Shown here: positions 17,645 to 27,597 of the stretch, piece after piece
Numbering within the stretch: position 1 is the stretch's first letter
Layout of the letters: every line of letters starts with the position of its first letter
DNA from: a virus
IMG/VR virus record: IMGVR_UViG_3300001533_001295
Span: 20,773 to 84,772 of that record
Reading direction: 5' to 3' (one strand)
DNA length: 64,000 nt
Program-made: the position numbers and the translations under genes
The notes under the pieces: generated by a model
The model's database searches: none
Seen by the model: only the letters and a program-made list of their open reading frames with translations
What the model was told of the DNA's origin: nothing

Positions 17645-19585
17645 GTGATATTCGAAGAGCAGCTCGCACGCAAGCCGGACCATTATCCCTGGACTGAAGA
17701 ATTTGTGCGAGCTATGTGGGAGGGACATTGGACAGACAGAGAATTTAATTTTTGCTCAGATATACATGATTTTAGAACTAATTTAACCGAGCAAGAACAA
17801 GAGATAATAGTCAGATGTTTATCGGCCATAGCGCAGATAGAAGTAGCTGTTAAGACTTTCTGGGCTAAACTAGGCGATAACTTACCTCACCCGTCTATAA
17901 GAGACATGGGGTACGTCATGGCTAACGTAGAGTGTTATGCCGAAGGAACAGAAGTATTAACTCCATCTGGTTGGTGTAATTTATTTGACGTTAAAAACGG
18001 CGACCCAATTTATCAGTACCATCCTGAAGATGGGTCTTTGTCTGAAACAAAGGCTAAAGATTCTTTTAGTAAGCCTTACAAAGGCGCGATGTTTATTTTT
18101 GGTAGTAAGTCTAACAAGTGCATGGTTACGCCCAACCACAATATGTTAGTTAGACGTATACGAAGTAATTCTTGGGAGCTGACTAAAGCTACGGCTAAAG
18201 ATCTGAAGATACATCCGTCTATTAAAATGCCAAAGACTACGTATATATCTTCAGAAAAAAAGACCGTTAATAAGCTGAGCTACATGGATAGGCTAGCTAT
18301 CGCGATACAAGCGGACGGTACAAGAGCTATGGGGTATTCTAGGCGTGGCGAGTATGTTGAGCGAGGTTCAACCGGTGGTTACACGTATCAACTTAGGTTT
18401 AGGCGTGCTCGAAAAATAGAACGCATCGAATACTTAATCAGTAATGCCGGAATAGACTACAAAAAGTACACACTTAAAGATGGTGTGACGCAGGTTTTTA
18501 ACGTTGTTTTCCCTACAGATAATGATTATAAGAATTTCTCTTGGGTTGACTTGAGTAATAAATCTACAGACTGGTGTAAAGAGTTTGTAGAAGAATTATT
18601 TCATTGGGATGGTAGTTTGCGTCAAAGAGCTTACTTCTCTAAGTACAAAGAGAATGTAGATTTTTGCCAGCATGTAGGTATTTTGGCCGGCTACCACACA
18701 ACTGTAGGGTTTACTGACGACTACAGGACAGGCCAAAATAGGCGAAAACATAGAGTTTTATTCGCCAAAAAGCCGAGTCTTTGGCGTCATATAAGTGATA
18801 TGCGTAAAGAAGAAGTTGATTACTTCGGTAGAGTTGGTTGTGTCACTGTGGACACCGGTGCGATAATGACTCGCTTAGATGGGCGAACATTTATTGCAGG
18901 TAATTGTATCCACAATTCGGCCTACGAGCGTTTATTAGAGGTTCTAGGTATTGAAGATGTATTCGAAAAGAACCTGCAACTAGAGTGGATGCAGGGGCGT
19001 GTTAAATACTTACGAAAGTATACACACAGATTTTATAAAGACAGTAAAAAACAATTTATATATGCCTTAATATTATTTACTCTTTTTGTGGAGAACGTGT
19101 CTCTCTTTAGTCAGTTCTACGTAATTAATTGGTTTGGTCGTAAAAATTTATTAAAAGACACAAACCAGCAGACGAATTACACACTCAAGGAAGAAGACCT
19201 ACACGCTAAAGCCGGCATAAAGCTTATACAGGTAATAAGAAGCGAGCACCCTGAGTTATTTGATGACGAGCTTCAAGGCCGAATACTAGATGAAGCCCGA
19301 GAAGCTTTTAAAGCCGAGTCTAAGATCATCGACTGGATGGTTAACGGCATCAAGGACGAGTTACTTTCTGCCGAGCTATTAAAAGAGTTCGTTAAGAACC
19401 GTATCAACAGCTCATTAAGTCAGATAGGGTTTGACTCGGTTTTTGATGTAGACCAGGATATACTCGCCAAGACTCTGTGGTTTGATGAAGAGTCTTTAGG
19501 TAACGGTATGACGGACTTTTTCCATGCTCGTCCGGTAGAGTATTCGAAAAAAGGCCAGAGTTTCTCCGAAGAAGATTTGTTTTAA
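17645..19585 (+). CDS. nrdB: ribonucleotide reductase class I beta subunit, intein-containing
   Basis: Ferritin-like ligands IAQIE, VE|CIHNSAY, VENVSLFSQF, EEDLH; C-terminal DFFHARPVEYSK. Confidence 0.95.
   Translation: MIFEEQLARKPDHYPWTEEFVRAMWEGHWTDREFNFCSDIHDFRTNLTEQEQEIIVRCLSAIAQIEVAVKTFWAKLGDNLPHPSIRDMGYVMANVECYAEGTEVLTPSGWCNLFDVKNGDPIYQYHPEDGSLSETKAKDSFSKPYKGAMFIFGSKSNKCMVTPNHNMLVRRIRSNSWELTKATAKDLKIHPSIKMPKTTYISSEKKTVNKLSYMDRLAIAIQADGTRAMGYSRRGEYVERGSTGGYTYQLRFRRARKIERIEYLISNAGIDYKKYTLKDGVTQVFNVVFPTDNDYKNFSWVDLSNKSTDWCKEFVEELFHWDGSLRQRAYFSKYKENVDFCQHVGILAGYHTTVGFTDDYRTGQNRRKHRVLFAKKPSLWRHISDMRKEEVDYFGRVGCVTVDTGAIMTRLDGRTFIAGNCIHNSAYERLLEVLGIEDVFEKNLQLEWMQGRVKYLRKYTHRFYKDSKKQFIYALILFTLFVENVSLFSQFYVINWFGRKNLLKDTNQQTNYTLKEEDLHAKAGIKLIQVIRSEHPELFDDELQGRILDEAREAFKAESKIIDWMVNGIKDELLSAELLKEFVKNRINSSLSQIGFDSVFDVDQDILAKTLWFDEESLGNGMTDFFHARPVEYSKKGQSFSEEDLF
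17933..18904 (+). mobile_element. intein (324 aa) with LAGLIDADG-like domain in nrdB
   Basis: CYAEGTEVLT...VTPNHNM...IAGN|C; AIAIQADG and ELFHWDG motifs. Confidence 0.92.
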
Positions 19586-19595
19586 AGGAAGCAAC

Positions 19596-22500
19596 ATGTC
19601 CGACTTCTACTGGCTTAACAATGACTCTAGGCTTTTTCTATCCCGAGGATATTTAGCCGAGGGTCAAGAAGCTGAGGATAGGCTTCTAGATATTAGTAAG
19701 AACGCTGAGAAGACGTTAGGCCCTAACTTCGCCGGCTTTGCTGATAAGTTCTATGGTTATTTAGCTAGAGGCTTCTACTCCCTAGCTACGCCGGTCTGGA
19801 CTAATTACGGAAACGATCGCGGACTTCCTGTGTCCTGCGTTGTTGGTGATACATGGATAAATACAAAATATAATGGAGGCAAACTAGCTAAAGATATAGA
19901 AATAGGAGACGAGGTTTTAACTCATAAAGGGCAATATAAAAAAGTAACAGATGTAATTTTAACAAAAAATCAAAAAGATATTTATAAAATTAAAATATCT
20001 AGCAGAATGACACCACTATACATCACTGGAAACCATTTGGTTTTAACAAATTTAGGATGGGTTAGATGTGATGAGTTAAATTCAGATTACCATCTTGTCG
20101 CTATTAACGGAGATATAGAATATATTGAGCAAGATTACGAAATAGATCTAAAACCATTTTGTAATTTTGAATCAACTATAATTGATGGTAAAATATGTAA
20201 ATTAATTACAGACAATATAAAGTATAAAAAAAGATCAAAGAACGGAGTATATGTTGATTACTACGCTACACCCAAAGAAAAAATACAAGTAGATAACGAC
20301 CTAGCTTGGGCTTTGGGGTTGTGGTTTGCCGAGGGATCCCTTAGCACTAGAGGTGGCTCACCGTGCGGAATTCGTATAACGTATAATACTAAAGACGAAA
20401 AAGAATTGGGGGATAAATGGTTCCATATAATGTCTGAAAAATTCGGCTTAAAAGGTAACATCTATGACAGTGTGTGTAATAGAAATGGAAAATCTACAAG
20501 CTGGAGTAACGCAAATATTAACTCTAATATTATAGGTAATTTTTTCGAATCTTTTGGTAAAGGATGTAAAGAAAAAACAATACCTCAATGGATTATTGAT
20601 CTACCCAAAGAAAAACTTGATCTTTTCTTAAAAGGCTTGTTGGATGGGGATGGTACAAAAACTAAAAGCAATTCCAACAGAATAACCGTAGCAAATCCTA
20701 AAATGCTGCTTCAAATATACCAGATAGGACTAAAACTTGGTTTGCAGATGTCGCTGCAAATGCAAGAAAAAGCAGGAAAATTAGCAACAACTACACATAC
20801 TTATACATGTATCTTTATATCTTATGAAACAGATAATAGAAGATCTAGCAGATTTGCTATTAAATTTCATGATGGTTTATATTACTCGAAAATTAGAGAA
20901 ATATTAAAAACAGATAAATCAGAAGATGTATATGATTTTACTGTTGAAGATGATCATTCTTTTAGCGCTGCTGGTGTCCTACTTCATAATTGCTTCAACT
21001 CACATTTGTCGGACAAAATGCAGTCTATACTATATAAGACTGCTGAAGTCGGCATGATGAGTAAGTACGGCGGCGGCACATCTGGTTACTTCGGCGACAT
21101 ACGTCCTAGAGGCGCGCCTATAAGCGTAGGCGGCACTTCTAGCGGAGCCGTACACTTTATGGAGTTGTTCGATAAAGTGGCAGATACGGTGAACCAGGGC
21201 AACTCTAGGCGCGGATCTTTCGCTGCCTACTTACCTGTAAGCCATCCCGACATACTAGAGTTTTTGCGCATAAGATCTGACGGCCATCCTATTCAGAACA
21301 TGTCGATAGGTGTAACTATCACCGACGACTGGATGAGAGATATGATTGCCGGAGACAAAGACAAGCGTAAGGTATGGGCTAAGATAATTGAGAAGAGATT
21401 TGAGAGCGGTTATCCTTATGTCGCTTTTATAGACAACATTAATAAAAACAATCCTAAAGTTTATAAAGATAAAAATTTAAGCGTAAAATCACAAAATCTT
21501 TGCGTTGCTGGAGACCAGCGGGTTGTAACTAGCCGAGGTATGCTTACAGCTAAAGAGCTGTATGAGATCGGAGGTAACTTAACACTGTTTGACAACGATA
21601 AGATTGTTAATTCAGGGCCTATGTCTCTTGTAGAACGTATGGCCGATGTCTATGAAATTGAGCTAGATAACGGCCTCACACATAAAGTTACTAGCTACCA
21701 TAAAGTTAAAGTCAGGACGTCTGGCACTTTGGATACGGTAGTTAAGACGGCCGACGTAGCTTGCTCAGATTTAAACGTAGGCGATTTAGTAGCTGTTCAG
21801 ACTAATAAAGGTCTGTTTGGTGACGTCAATAAAGAAGATGAAGCTTTTCTACTAGGCTTGCACCAATCAGAAACTGAAGATAATACGTTAACTGAAGTCC
21901 CAGACTGGATCTGGGAGTCAAACGAAGATACGCAGAGAGCATATATAAGAGGCCTACTACTTCCAAATATTGGAAGAGGGCTGCACCACCGGTCAAAGGA
22001 CTTCCTAAAAGACTTACAACTCGTACTAGTGAATTTGGGAATTAACTGTGCTTTAAAATTAAGAGAAGCTGAAGGGGTTTATACACTTTATAGTTTAGAC
22101 GATGATTTAGATAACGCCTTCCATAAAATTAAGTCTATTAATTACGTAGGCCAAGAAGACGTCTACTGCGTGACTGTAGACTCAGCAGAGCACCATTGGG
22201 TCTGCAACGGAGTCGTAACACATAACTGCGCGGAAATATCGCTCCATTCAGATGAAAAATACTCTTTTGTATGCGTGTTATCTTCTATAAACTTAGAACA
22301 CTGGGATGCTATAAAGTCTACAGACGCGGTCGAGACGCTAATATATTTCCTCGACACGGTAAACGAGGAGTTCGTCCGTAAGTCTAAGGATCTTCCTTTT
22401 ATGGAACATCCTTATAATTTCGCTAAAGACCATAGGGCTCTAGGTCTTGGGGTTTTAGGCTGGCACTCGTATCTTCAGTCTAAGATGATACCTTTCGATA

Positions 22501-23129
22501 GCTTTGAAGCTAATCTAGAGAACGTAAGCATCTTTAAGACTATATCTGAGCGCTGTAAAGCAGCTACGACTAAGCTAGCGGATGTTCTAGGTGAGCCAGA
22601 TATTCTAAAAGGTTACGGCGCGCGTAATACGCACACAATGGCGATAGCTCCTACGACATCTTCGTCTTTTATATTAGGTCAGGTATCACCTAGCATAGAG
22701 CCACTCAATAGTAACTACTTTGTTAAGCGTTTAGCCAAAGGTAACTTCACTTATAGAAATCCTTATCTAGTGGATTTACTAAAGGCTAAAAATAAGGATG
22801 ACGCTAACACGTGGCACAGCATCCTAACGCACGGCGGATCTGTACAGCATTTAGACTTTATGGACGACCATGAGAAGAACGTCTTTAAGACCTTCTCAGA
22901 AATTAGTCCTAAGCAAGTCATAATTCAAGCTGCCCAACGCCAGCAGCACATCGATCAAGGTCAGAGCTTAAACATCATGATACCGCCTGGTACTAAGGCT
23001 AAGTTAGTAAGTGATCTTATGATCTTTGCTTGGGAGCAAGGAGTAAAGAGTCTCTACTATCAGCGAAGCGCTAATCCATCTCAGCAGTTGTCTAGAGAGA
23101 TACTAAACTGCTCTGCATGCGAGTCGTAG
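19596..23129 (+). CDS. nrdA: ribonucleotide reductase class I alpha subunit with two inteins
   Basis: ATPVWTN, GLPVS|CF, QGNSRRG, SQNL|CAEI, AIAPTTSSS, KSLYYQRS, C-terminal CSAC; no obvious ATP-cone. Confidence 0.95.
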   Translation: MSDFYWLNNDSRLFLSRGYLAEGQEAEDRLLDISKNAEKTLGPNFAGFADKFYGYLARGFYSLATPVWTNYGNDRGLPVSCVVGDTWINTKYNGGKLAKDIEIGDEVLTHKGQYKKVTDVILTKNQKDIYKIKISSRMTPLYITGNHLVLTNLGWVRCDELNSDYHLVAINGDIEYIEQDYEIDLKPFCNFESTIIDGKICKLITDNIKYKKRSKNGVYVDYYATPKEKIQVDNDLAWALGLWFAEGSLSTRGGSPCGIRITYNTKDEKELGDKWFHIMSEKFGLKGNIYDSVCNRNGKSTSWSNANINSNIIGNFFESFGKGCKEKTIPQWIIDLPKEKLDLFLKGLLDGDGTKTKSNSNRITVANPKMLLQIYQIGLKLGLQMSLQMQEKAGKLATTTHTYTCIFISYETDNRRSSRFAIKFHDGLYYSKIREILKTDKSEDVYDFTVEDDHSFSAAGVLLHNCFNSHLSDKMQSILYKTAEVGMMSKYGGGTSGYFGDIRPRGAPISVGGTSSGAVHFMELFDKVADTVNQGNSRRGSFAAYLPVSHPDILEFLRIRSDGHPIQNMSIGVTITDDWMRDMIAGDKDKRKVWAKIIEKRFESGYPYVAFIDNINKNNPKVYKDKNLSVKSQNLCVAGDQRVVTSRGMLTAKELYEIGGNLTLFDNDKIVNSGPMSLVERMADVYEIELDNGLTHKVTSYHKVKVRTSGTLDTVVKTADVACSDLNVGDLVAVQTNKGLFGDVNKEDEAFLLGLHQSETEDNTLTEVPDWIWESNEDTQRAYIRGLLLPNIGRGLHHRSKDFLKDLQLVLVNLGINCALKLREAEGVYTLYSLDDDLDNAFHKIKSINYVGQEDVYCVTVDSAEHHWVCNGVVTHNCAEISLHSDEKYSFVCVLSSINLEHWDAIKSTDAVETLIYFLDTVNEEFVRKSKDLPFMEHPYNFAKDHRALGLGVLGWHSYLQSKMIPFDSFEANLENVSIFKTISERCKAATTKLADVLGEPDILKGYGARNTHTMAIAPTTSSSFILGQVSPSIEPLNSNYFVKRLAKGNFTYRNPYLVDLLKAKNKDDANTWHSILTHGGSVQHLDFMDDHEKNVFKTFSEISPKQVIIQAAQRQQHIDQGQSLNIMIPPGTKAKLVSDLMIFAWEQGVKSLYYQRSANPSQQLSREILNCSACES
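19836..20990 (+). mobile_element. intein 1 of nrdA (385 aa) with LAGLIDADG endonuclease
   Basis: CVVGDTWI...ITGNHLV...VLLHN|C; LGLWFAEG and LKGLLDGDG; more AT-rich than the flanking extein DNA. Confidence 0.93.
21501..22226 (+). mobile_element. intein 2 of nrdA (242 aa) with degenerate endonuclease
   Basis: CVAGDQRV...VTSYHKV...VTHN|C; eroded motifs FLLGLHQSE and YIRGLLLPN. Confidence 0.92.
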
Positions 23130-23320
23130 TAAACACGCAAGAAACTGGCTTAACGTCTTTAACTAGTTACGTTGAAGTCATAAGACACACAGGCCCCGTT
23201 ACTATATTTAGTAACGGGGTTTTGTTTCAACATAACCCGCTAGAAGATGCGTACAATTTTATAGACACCAGAAATAAAGTTTTTTACAGAAGCATACTTT
23301 ATGAAGTACGGCCCAAATGA
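23117..23320 (+). CDS. RxTGP-array protein
   Basis: RHTGP; overlaps the nrdA stop. Confidence 0.7.
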   Translation: MRVVVNTQETGLTSLTSYVEVIRHTGPVTIFSNGVLFQHNPLEDAYNFIDTRNKVFYRSILYEVRPK

Positions 23321-23338
23321 TGAGATATCTTTAAACCT

Positions 23339-23563
23339 ATGACTATGTTGGTAAAAATTAATTCTCTAACTAACGGTGGTAATGAAAATCCTTATCTAAC
23401 TTTAGAGTACGGTAGAAACTACAAAAACAAACATAGACAAACCGGACCTACTCAGTACATACACAACAATAACGGAATATTACTTGCTAAAAACACTTCG
23501 CATAAAATTATTTATTTTAGAGAGAAATTAGCTACAAATTGGATAAAAGAATGGCCAAGTTAA
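23339..23563 (+). CDS. RxTGP-array protein
   Basis: HRQTGP. Confidence 0.7.
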   Translation: MTMLVKINSLTNGGNENPYLTLEYGRNYKNKHRQTGPTQYIHNNNGILLAKNTSHKIIYFREKLATNWIKEWPS

Positions 23564-23766
23564 AGCCAGGCGAGGCCGGAATGCTAGTTGAAGTAAATAG
23601 TTTATCTTTTATTTACGGTAATAGTAGGTATTTAAGGTGTACAGGCCCGTCCATTTGTCGCGAAAATAGAGTGTCTTTTGATACGTGGAACTACAGTACC
23701 TTGGAAAACAGACTGAAACATGTTAAAGCCAAAGATAGAGAACACAATATCCCATGGCTCAGCTAA
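23539..23766 (+). CDS. RxTGP-array protein
   Basis: RCTGP. Confidence 0.7.
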   Translation: MDKRMAKLKPGEAGMLVEVNSLSFIYGNSRYLRCTGPSICRENRVSFDTWNYSTLENRLKHVKAKDREHNIPWLS

Positions 23767-23993
23767 CTGCGTCAGTTTACTTAAATAATTACAGAAAAAC
23801 CATGATAACCAAAACCGAAAGCCTAGTAGTTGAGGTAACTAAGGTTAGTGTTGTTTACGGCGACTACCTCAAACTGAGGTACACAGGTCCGTCAGTCTGT
23901 TTCATGTCTAGAATAACTTACGACAGAACATCTAAAAGTACTTCTAAACTAAAACATATTGACGCTAAACATAGAAAATTAACTTTCACGTGA
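23754..23993 (+). CDS. RxTGP-array protein
   Basis: RYTGP. Confidence 0.7.
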   Translation: MAQLTASVYLNNYRKTMITKTESLVVEVTKVSVVYGDYLKLRYTGPSVCFMSRITYDRTSKSTSKLKHIDAKHRKLTFT

Positions 23994-24000
23994 GGATTGA

Positions 24001-24213
24001 ATGGTTCAAATAAAAATAAGCAAAGATTCTTTAACTTATTGTTTAGAAGAAAAAAGTGAAACACGTAGCAATCGCATTTTTTTAATGCGCAGATCTACCG
24101 GGTCATCACATATAAACAATAAATATATGTGTCTACATAAATCAATTTTAAAATCTAACGATGATGTCGTTACTTTCTTCTTTAACTACAAAAAAATCTT
24201 TAACAGAGCCTAA
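24001..24213 (+). CDS. RxTGP-array protein (variant)
   Basis: RSTGS. Confidence 0.6.
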   Translation: MVQIKISKDSLTYCLEEKSETRSNRIFLMRRSTGSSHINNKYMCLHKSILKSNDDVVTFFFNYKKIFNRA

Positions 24214-24428
24214 TGAACACAGTATTTGTATTTATATCTGCTAATAAAGTATCTGTGTTTATATCTGCTGATAAAATCAAGACTAAAAGACACACGTATA
24301 TGTACTACTCTAACACCGACGGCTCAGGGCGAGTAAACTACACCGGACCAGTAGTTATGGGAGATGCGTATATAAGCGTATACAATTTTAAGTTTAAGTA
24401 TGTACGGAAAATTCCAAGTATATCGTAA
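24213..24428 (+). CDS. RxTGP-array protein
   Basis: NYTGP; short internal duplication VFISA. Confidence 0.7.
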   Translation: MNTVFVFISANKVSVFISADKIKTKRHTYMYYSNTDGSGRVNYTGPVVMGDAYISVYNFKFKYVRKIPSIS

Positions 24429-24651
24429 AATGGCTAGACATAAAAAACATACGTGTCAGGTAACCGTCTCTGAGCCGTCTGCAATTAGCACAATTATTAT
24501 TTACGGGCAGTACGCTTCATGCAGACACACCGGCCCCTCTGTGGTATCTTCTGACCACATTTGTCTAGAGTACAATGACTGTAACAACTTATATGAATTA
24601 AAAATTTGCTATTTTAGGACTACAAAAATCGAAAAGTCAATTTGTGCTTAA
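24400..24651 (+). CDS. RxTGP-array protein
   Basis: RHTGP. Confidence 0.7.
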   Translation: MYGKFQVYRKMARHKKHTCQVTVSEPSAISTIIIYGQYASCRHTGPSVVSSDHICLEYNDCNNLYELKICYFRTTKIEKSICA

Positions 24652-24660
24652 ATTTACACA

Positions 24661-24906
24661 TTGATAAGAAAAATTATGCCTCATGTAATCATTTCTAGAT
24701 ATAGTGTAATTATTTATAAAATATACGATGAAAATATGAACGATAACATCGCACTTAACTACTACTGCGGGTCCTTAACCTGTCGTCGGTATACTGGACC
24801 TGGCATAATTCGGGCTAGTAATATTTGTCTAATTTATTCTGAAGCATCAGGAGAAACTCATTTTAAGGTCTGTAAATTTAAGCTTAAGAGGGCGTCATGC
24901 TTGTAG
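24661..24906 (+). CDS. RxTGP-array protein
   Basis: RYTGP. Confidence 0.7.
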   Translation: MIRKIMPHVIISRYSVIIYKIYDENMNDNIALNYYCGSLTCRRYTGPGIIRASNICLIYSEASGETHFKVCKFKLKRASCL

Positions 24907-25142
24907 AAGTTTCTAATAATATAACAGTTTATGGTAGTTACGTAGAAGCTAGATATACTGGCCCTGCGGTATTTCGTCATGATTCGGTTTATCTAGATTA
25001 TTATATAAATTTTAAAGAACGTAATTCAGTGCAGATACAGCTAGGTAGTGCTGTTAAACCCGTAGAATGTTTTACTCAAAAAATTTGCTACTTTAAGATC
25101 AAAAAGACAAACGATCTTTTTGATTTTAGTACTAAGCAATGA
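24897..25142 (+). CDS. RxTGP-array protein
   Basis: RYTGP. Confidence 0.7.
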   Translation: MLVEVSNNITVYGSYVEARYTGPAVFRHDSVYLDYYINFKERNSVQIQLGSAVKPVECFTQKICYFKIKKTNDLFDFSTKQ

Positions 25143-25327
25143 GACTGAAGATTCAACCGTATAGCGTAACTATCGCTAAAGTAGGGATTAATAATTTCCT
25201 AAAATACTACGTCATATATAGTCCTGAAATGAGTCAGTTTAGGTATACCGGGCCAGCTATAATTTGGGCTAACATTTCTTTTTTAGACAAAATATTTGCA
25301 GCACGAGCCGCTGCCAGGATGTTTTAG
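25139..25327 (+). CDS. RxTGP-array protein
   Basis: RYTGP; ATGA overlap. Confidence 0.7.
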   Translation: MRLKIQPYSVTIAKVGINNFLKYYVIYSPEMSQFRYTGPAIIWANISFLDKIFAARAAARMF

Positions 25328-25329
25328 CG

Positions 25330-25509
25330 ATGTTTAGTGTATCTATAACGCATATAGGCTTAGGGTATGGTAATTTTATCTTAGCTAGAAATACCGGGCC
25401 TCGGTTAATAATTAAAAACTACGTCGTCTTACAGTATCTGTCTCCAGAGAAAGTCTACTGCTGTAAAATTTGCGCGCACTCAAACAAACAAAATTACTAT
25501 GCAAGTTAA
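25330..25509 (+). CDS. RxTGP-array protein (59 aa, not in ORF track)
   Basis: MFSVSITHIGLGYGNFILARNTGPRLII... Confidence 0.65.
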   Translation: MFSVSITHIGLGYGNFILARNTGPRLIIKNYVVLQYLSPEKVYCCKICAHSNKQNYYAS

Positions 25510-25645
25510 TATAAATGCTTTTAACGTGTTAATTTATGACTTCGTCAGACATACTGGGCCTTGTGCGCTAGATAATGGAAGTTTCGATTTAGATGTTTAT
25601 TCGACTGAAAACGGTTATTACGTGCAGACTTTTTGTTATCTCTAG
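25499..25645 (+). CDS. RxTGP-array protein (48 aa, not in ORF track)
   Basis: MQVNINAFNVLIYDFVRHTGPCAL... Confidence 0.65.
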   Translation: MQVNINAFNVLIYDFVRHTGPCALDNGSFDLDVYSTENGYYVQTFCYL

Positions 25646-25734
25646 TAAGCAAACAATCGACTATCCCCACTGAGTGAAAAAGCTTAGATAAGCGTAACTT
25701 TTTTAAATTCTACTTACCTGAGAACAAACACTGC

Positions 25735-25965
25735 ATGACTAATTTGAGCGTAACAGTGTCGAATATGAAGATATCGTACGGTGACTATATTTCTAGATAT
25801 CAGGTTGTTAGAGCTGGCCTTACTTTCTATAGACATACAGGACCTTATGTAGTCTCAGACAACTACGTTCTACTTGATACATACTTTCAGCAAATACTTG
25901 TAAAACTCATTACTTCCGTTAGGTGTTTAATAATATGTCTCAAATTGGTACCTTTAATAGAATGA
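25735..25965 (+). CDS. RxTGP-array protein
   Basis: RHTGP. Confidence 0.7.
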   Translation: MTNLSVTVSNMKISYGDYISRYQVVRAGLTFYRHTGPYVVSDNYVLLDTYFQQILVKLITSVRCLIICLKLVPLIE

Positions 25966-26210
25966 CGAACGTAACTAGTCACAGTGAGGACGGCTGTCAG
26001 ATAGTTCCCCAGTTAATAAAAATTTCAAAAAACGAGGTTGTTTATGGTAACAGATACTTAATTAGATATACCGGGCCTTCTATAATATACTCGATATCAT
26101 GCTGTGCAGATCTTAGTCATTTCCCAAACACGTACCGTCAAATAATTTTTGACATACGTAAAAAAAAATTATGTAGACATGAAACAGAATATAAAAAACA
26201 AGTATTTTAA
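25923..26210 (+). CDS. RxTGP-array protein
   Basis: RYTGP. Confidence 0.7.
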   Translation: MFNNMSQIGTFNRMTNVTSHSEDGCQIVPQLIKISKNEVVYGNRYLIRYTGPSIIYSISCCADLSHFPNTYRQIIFDIRKKKLCRHETEYKKQVF

Positions 26211-26442
26211 AAGACATCCTCCAATGTATAGGTTTCCAACCATAAACATGCGGCTGAAATTTAAAATTTTTGTAAAAATAGTTGATAGAAGAAATTTAAA
26301 CTACAGTTTCTTAGGAAAATACTCATTAAGAGATCACCGATTAACCGGCCCCGCCGTAATCACTAACAGATACGTTGCTTTAAAACATAATTTGTCTAGA
26401 AAATCTAAATTCTATTTTTACACTAATAAAAAATCTTTGTGA
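26149..26442 (+). CDS. RxTGP-array protein
   Basis: HRLTGPAVI. Confidence 0.7.
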   Translation: MTYVKKNYVDMKQNIKNKYFKRHPPMYRFPTINMRLKFKIFVKIVDRRNLNYSFLGKYSLRDHRLTGPAVITNRYVALKHNLSRKSKFYFYTNKKSL

Positions 26443-26472
26443 TCGTTGCTTCTTCTAAGGTAGCGCGCTTGC

Positions 26473-26673
26473 ATGTTTAAAGTAGTAGTAGATAGCTCAG
26501 GGATATGGTACTACTCACCGTTAGGGCTAGCTAAGTACACCGGTCCTTGTATAGCGGGTCGTAATTATTTTGTTTTAAAGAAAATAATAAAACTAAGAAA
26601 ACGCAATAATGGACGTAGGCCGCTGCTGCATTATAGATACGCAGTTAAATACCGTGAAATTAAAATTATCTAG
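26473..26673 (+). CDS. RxTGP-array protein
   Basis: KYTGP. Confidence 0.7.
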   Translation: MFKVVVDSSGIWYYSPLGLAKYTGPCIAGRNYFVLKKIIKLRKRNNGRRPLLHYRYAVKYREIKII

Positions 26674-26895
26674 ATGTTCCCAGTAAAGATATCACTACAC
26701 CATATAGTTTATGTCAGTACCGATGGACCAGGTCGAATAAGATACACTGGACCAGCAATTGTAGGGCGTACGTATTCATATTTATATTCGTTCCAAGAAA
26801 AATACCGTATTAGAAAAATTTATGATTTTAGGCTTAAAACAAGTTACGTATTTGCAGAGGAATTAGATGTTAAGGATAGAAGTATCGTTAAGTAG
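26674..26895 (+). CDS. RxTGP-array protein
   Basis: RYTGP. Confidence 0.7.
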   Translation: MFPVKISLHHIVYVSTDGPGRIRYTGPAIVGRTYSYLYSFQEKYRIRKIYDFRLKTSYVFAEELDVKDRSIVK

Positions 26896-27031
26896 GGTAA
26901 TTTACGTCTACGGCAGATATACCGGTCCTTCCTCAATATTTCTTCTAAGAATTTACTTAGACTCGATTAAAGAAGGACGCTATGTTGAAAAAATCTATGA
27001 TTTTATAAATAAGTCCGAGCAGATTTTTTAG
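26867..27031 (+). CDS. RxTGP-array protein (54 aa, not in ORF track)
   Basis: GAGG RBS; MLRIEVSLSRVIYVYGRYTGPSSIFLLRIYLDSIKEGRYVEKIYDF... Confidence 0.7.
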   Translation: MLRIEVSLSRVIYVYGRYTGPSSIFLLRIYLDSIKEGRYVEKIYDFINKSEQIF

Positions 27032-27036
27032 TTAGG

Positions 27037-27228
27037 ATGCAGATGATCAAGATAAAAATAGCGCCAGGTCGTGTAATGTACGACCACAGCTTATATAGGT
27101 ATACCGGTCCTTACGTAATATTTCCTAGACTAATCTTCTTAGACTCGTTTAAAGAAGAACTATATGTTCAAATAATTTATGATATTAAACGTAAATGCGA
27201 GCAAAATACGGATATGTCTGAAAATTAG
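27037..27228 (+). CDS. RxTGP-array protein
   Basis: RYTGP; LDSFKEE. Confidence 0.7.
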   Translation: MQMIKIKIAPGRVMYDHSLYRYTGPYVIFPRLIFLDSFKEELYVQIIYDIKRKCEQNTDMSEN

Positions 27229-27420
27229 ATGTTCGGCGTAAGGATAACACTAGACTGCGTAATCTACGGCACTTTAGAATCATATAGATACACCGGTCCC
27301 TCTGTAGTACGCGCTAGCGCCGCCTACTTAGACTCGATTAAAGAAGGGGGTTATGTGCAGATAATTCATGAGGTTAAACATAAATCAAAACGAACTGTAA
27401 ATTTAACTGATTATACGTAG
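27229..27420 (+). CDS. RxTGP-array protein
   Basis: RYTGP; LDSIKEG. Confidence 0.7.
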   Translation: MFGVRITLDCVIYGTLESYRYTGPSVVRASAAYLDSIKEGGYVQIIHEVKHKSKRTVNLTDYT

Positions 27421-27476
27421 TGGCACTTACTTAGACTCGATTAAAGAAGGGGGTTATGTGCAGATAATTCATGAGG
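27325..27476 (+). repeat. perfect 49-bp direct repeat (27325-27373 and 27428-27476)
   Basis: TACTTAGACTCGATTAAAGAAGGGGGTTATGTGCAGATAATTCATGAGG occurs twice. Confidence 0.9.
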
Positions 27477-27597
27477 ACCACAATCCAATATATGTTAATA
27501 GTCCGTTTAAGATGCAAACTCAGTTTAGTACGGACTTTACTATTGAAGAAATTATAAAAAGTGATGAAGTAGCGAAGTTTATGTCACGGTTTGAGTA

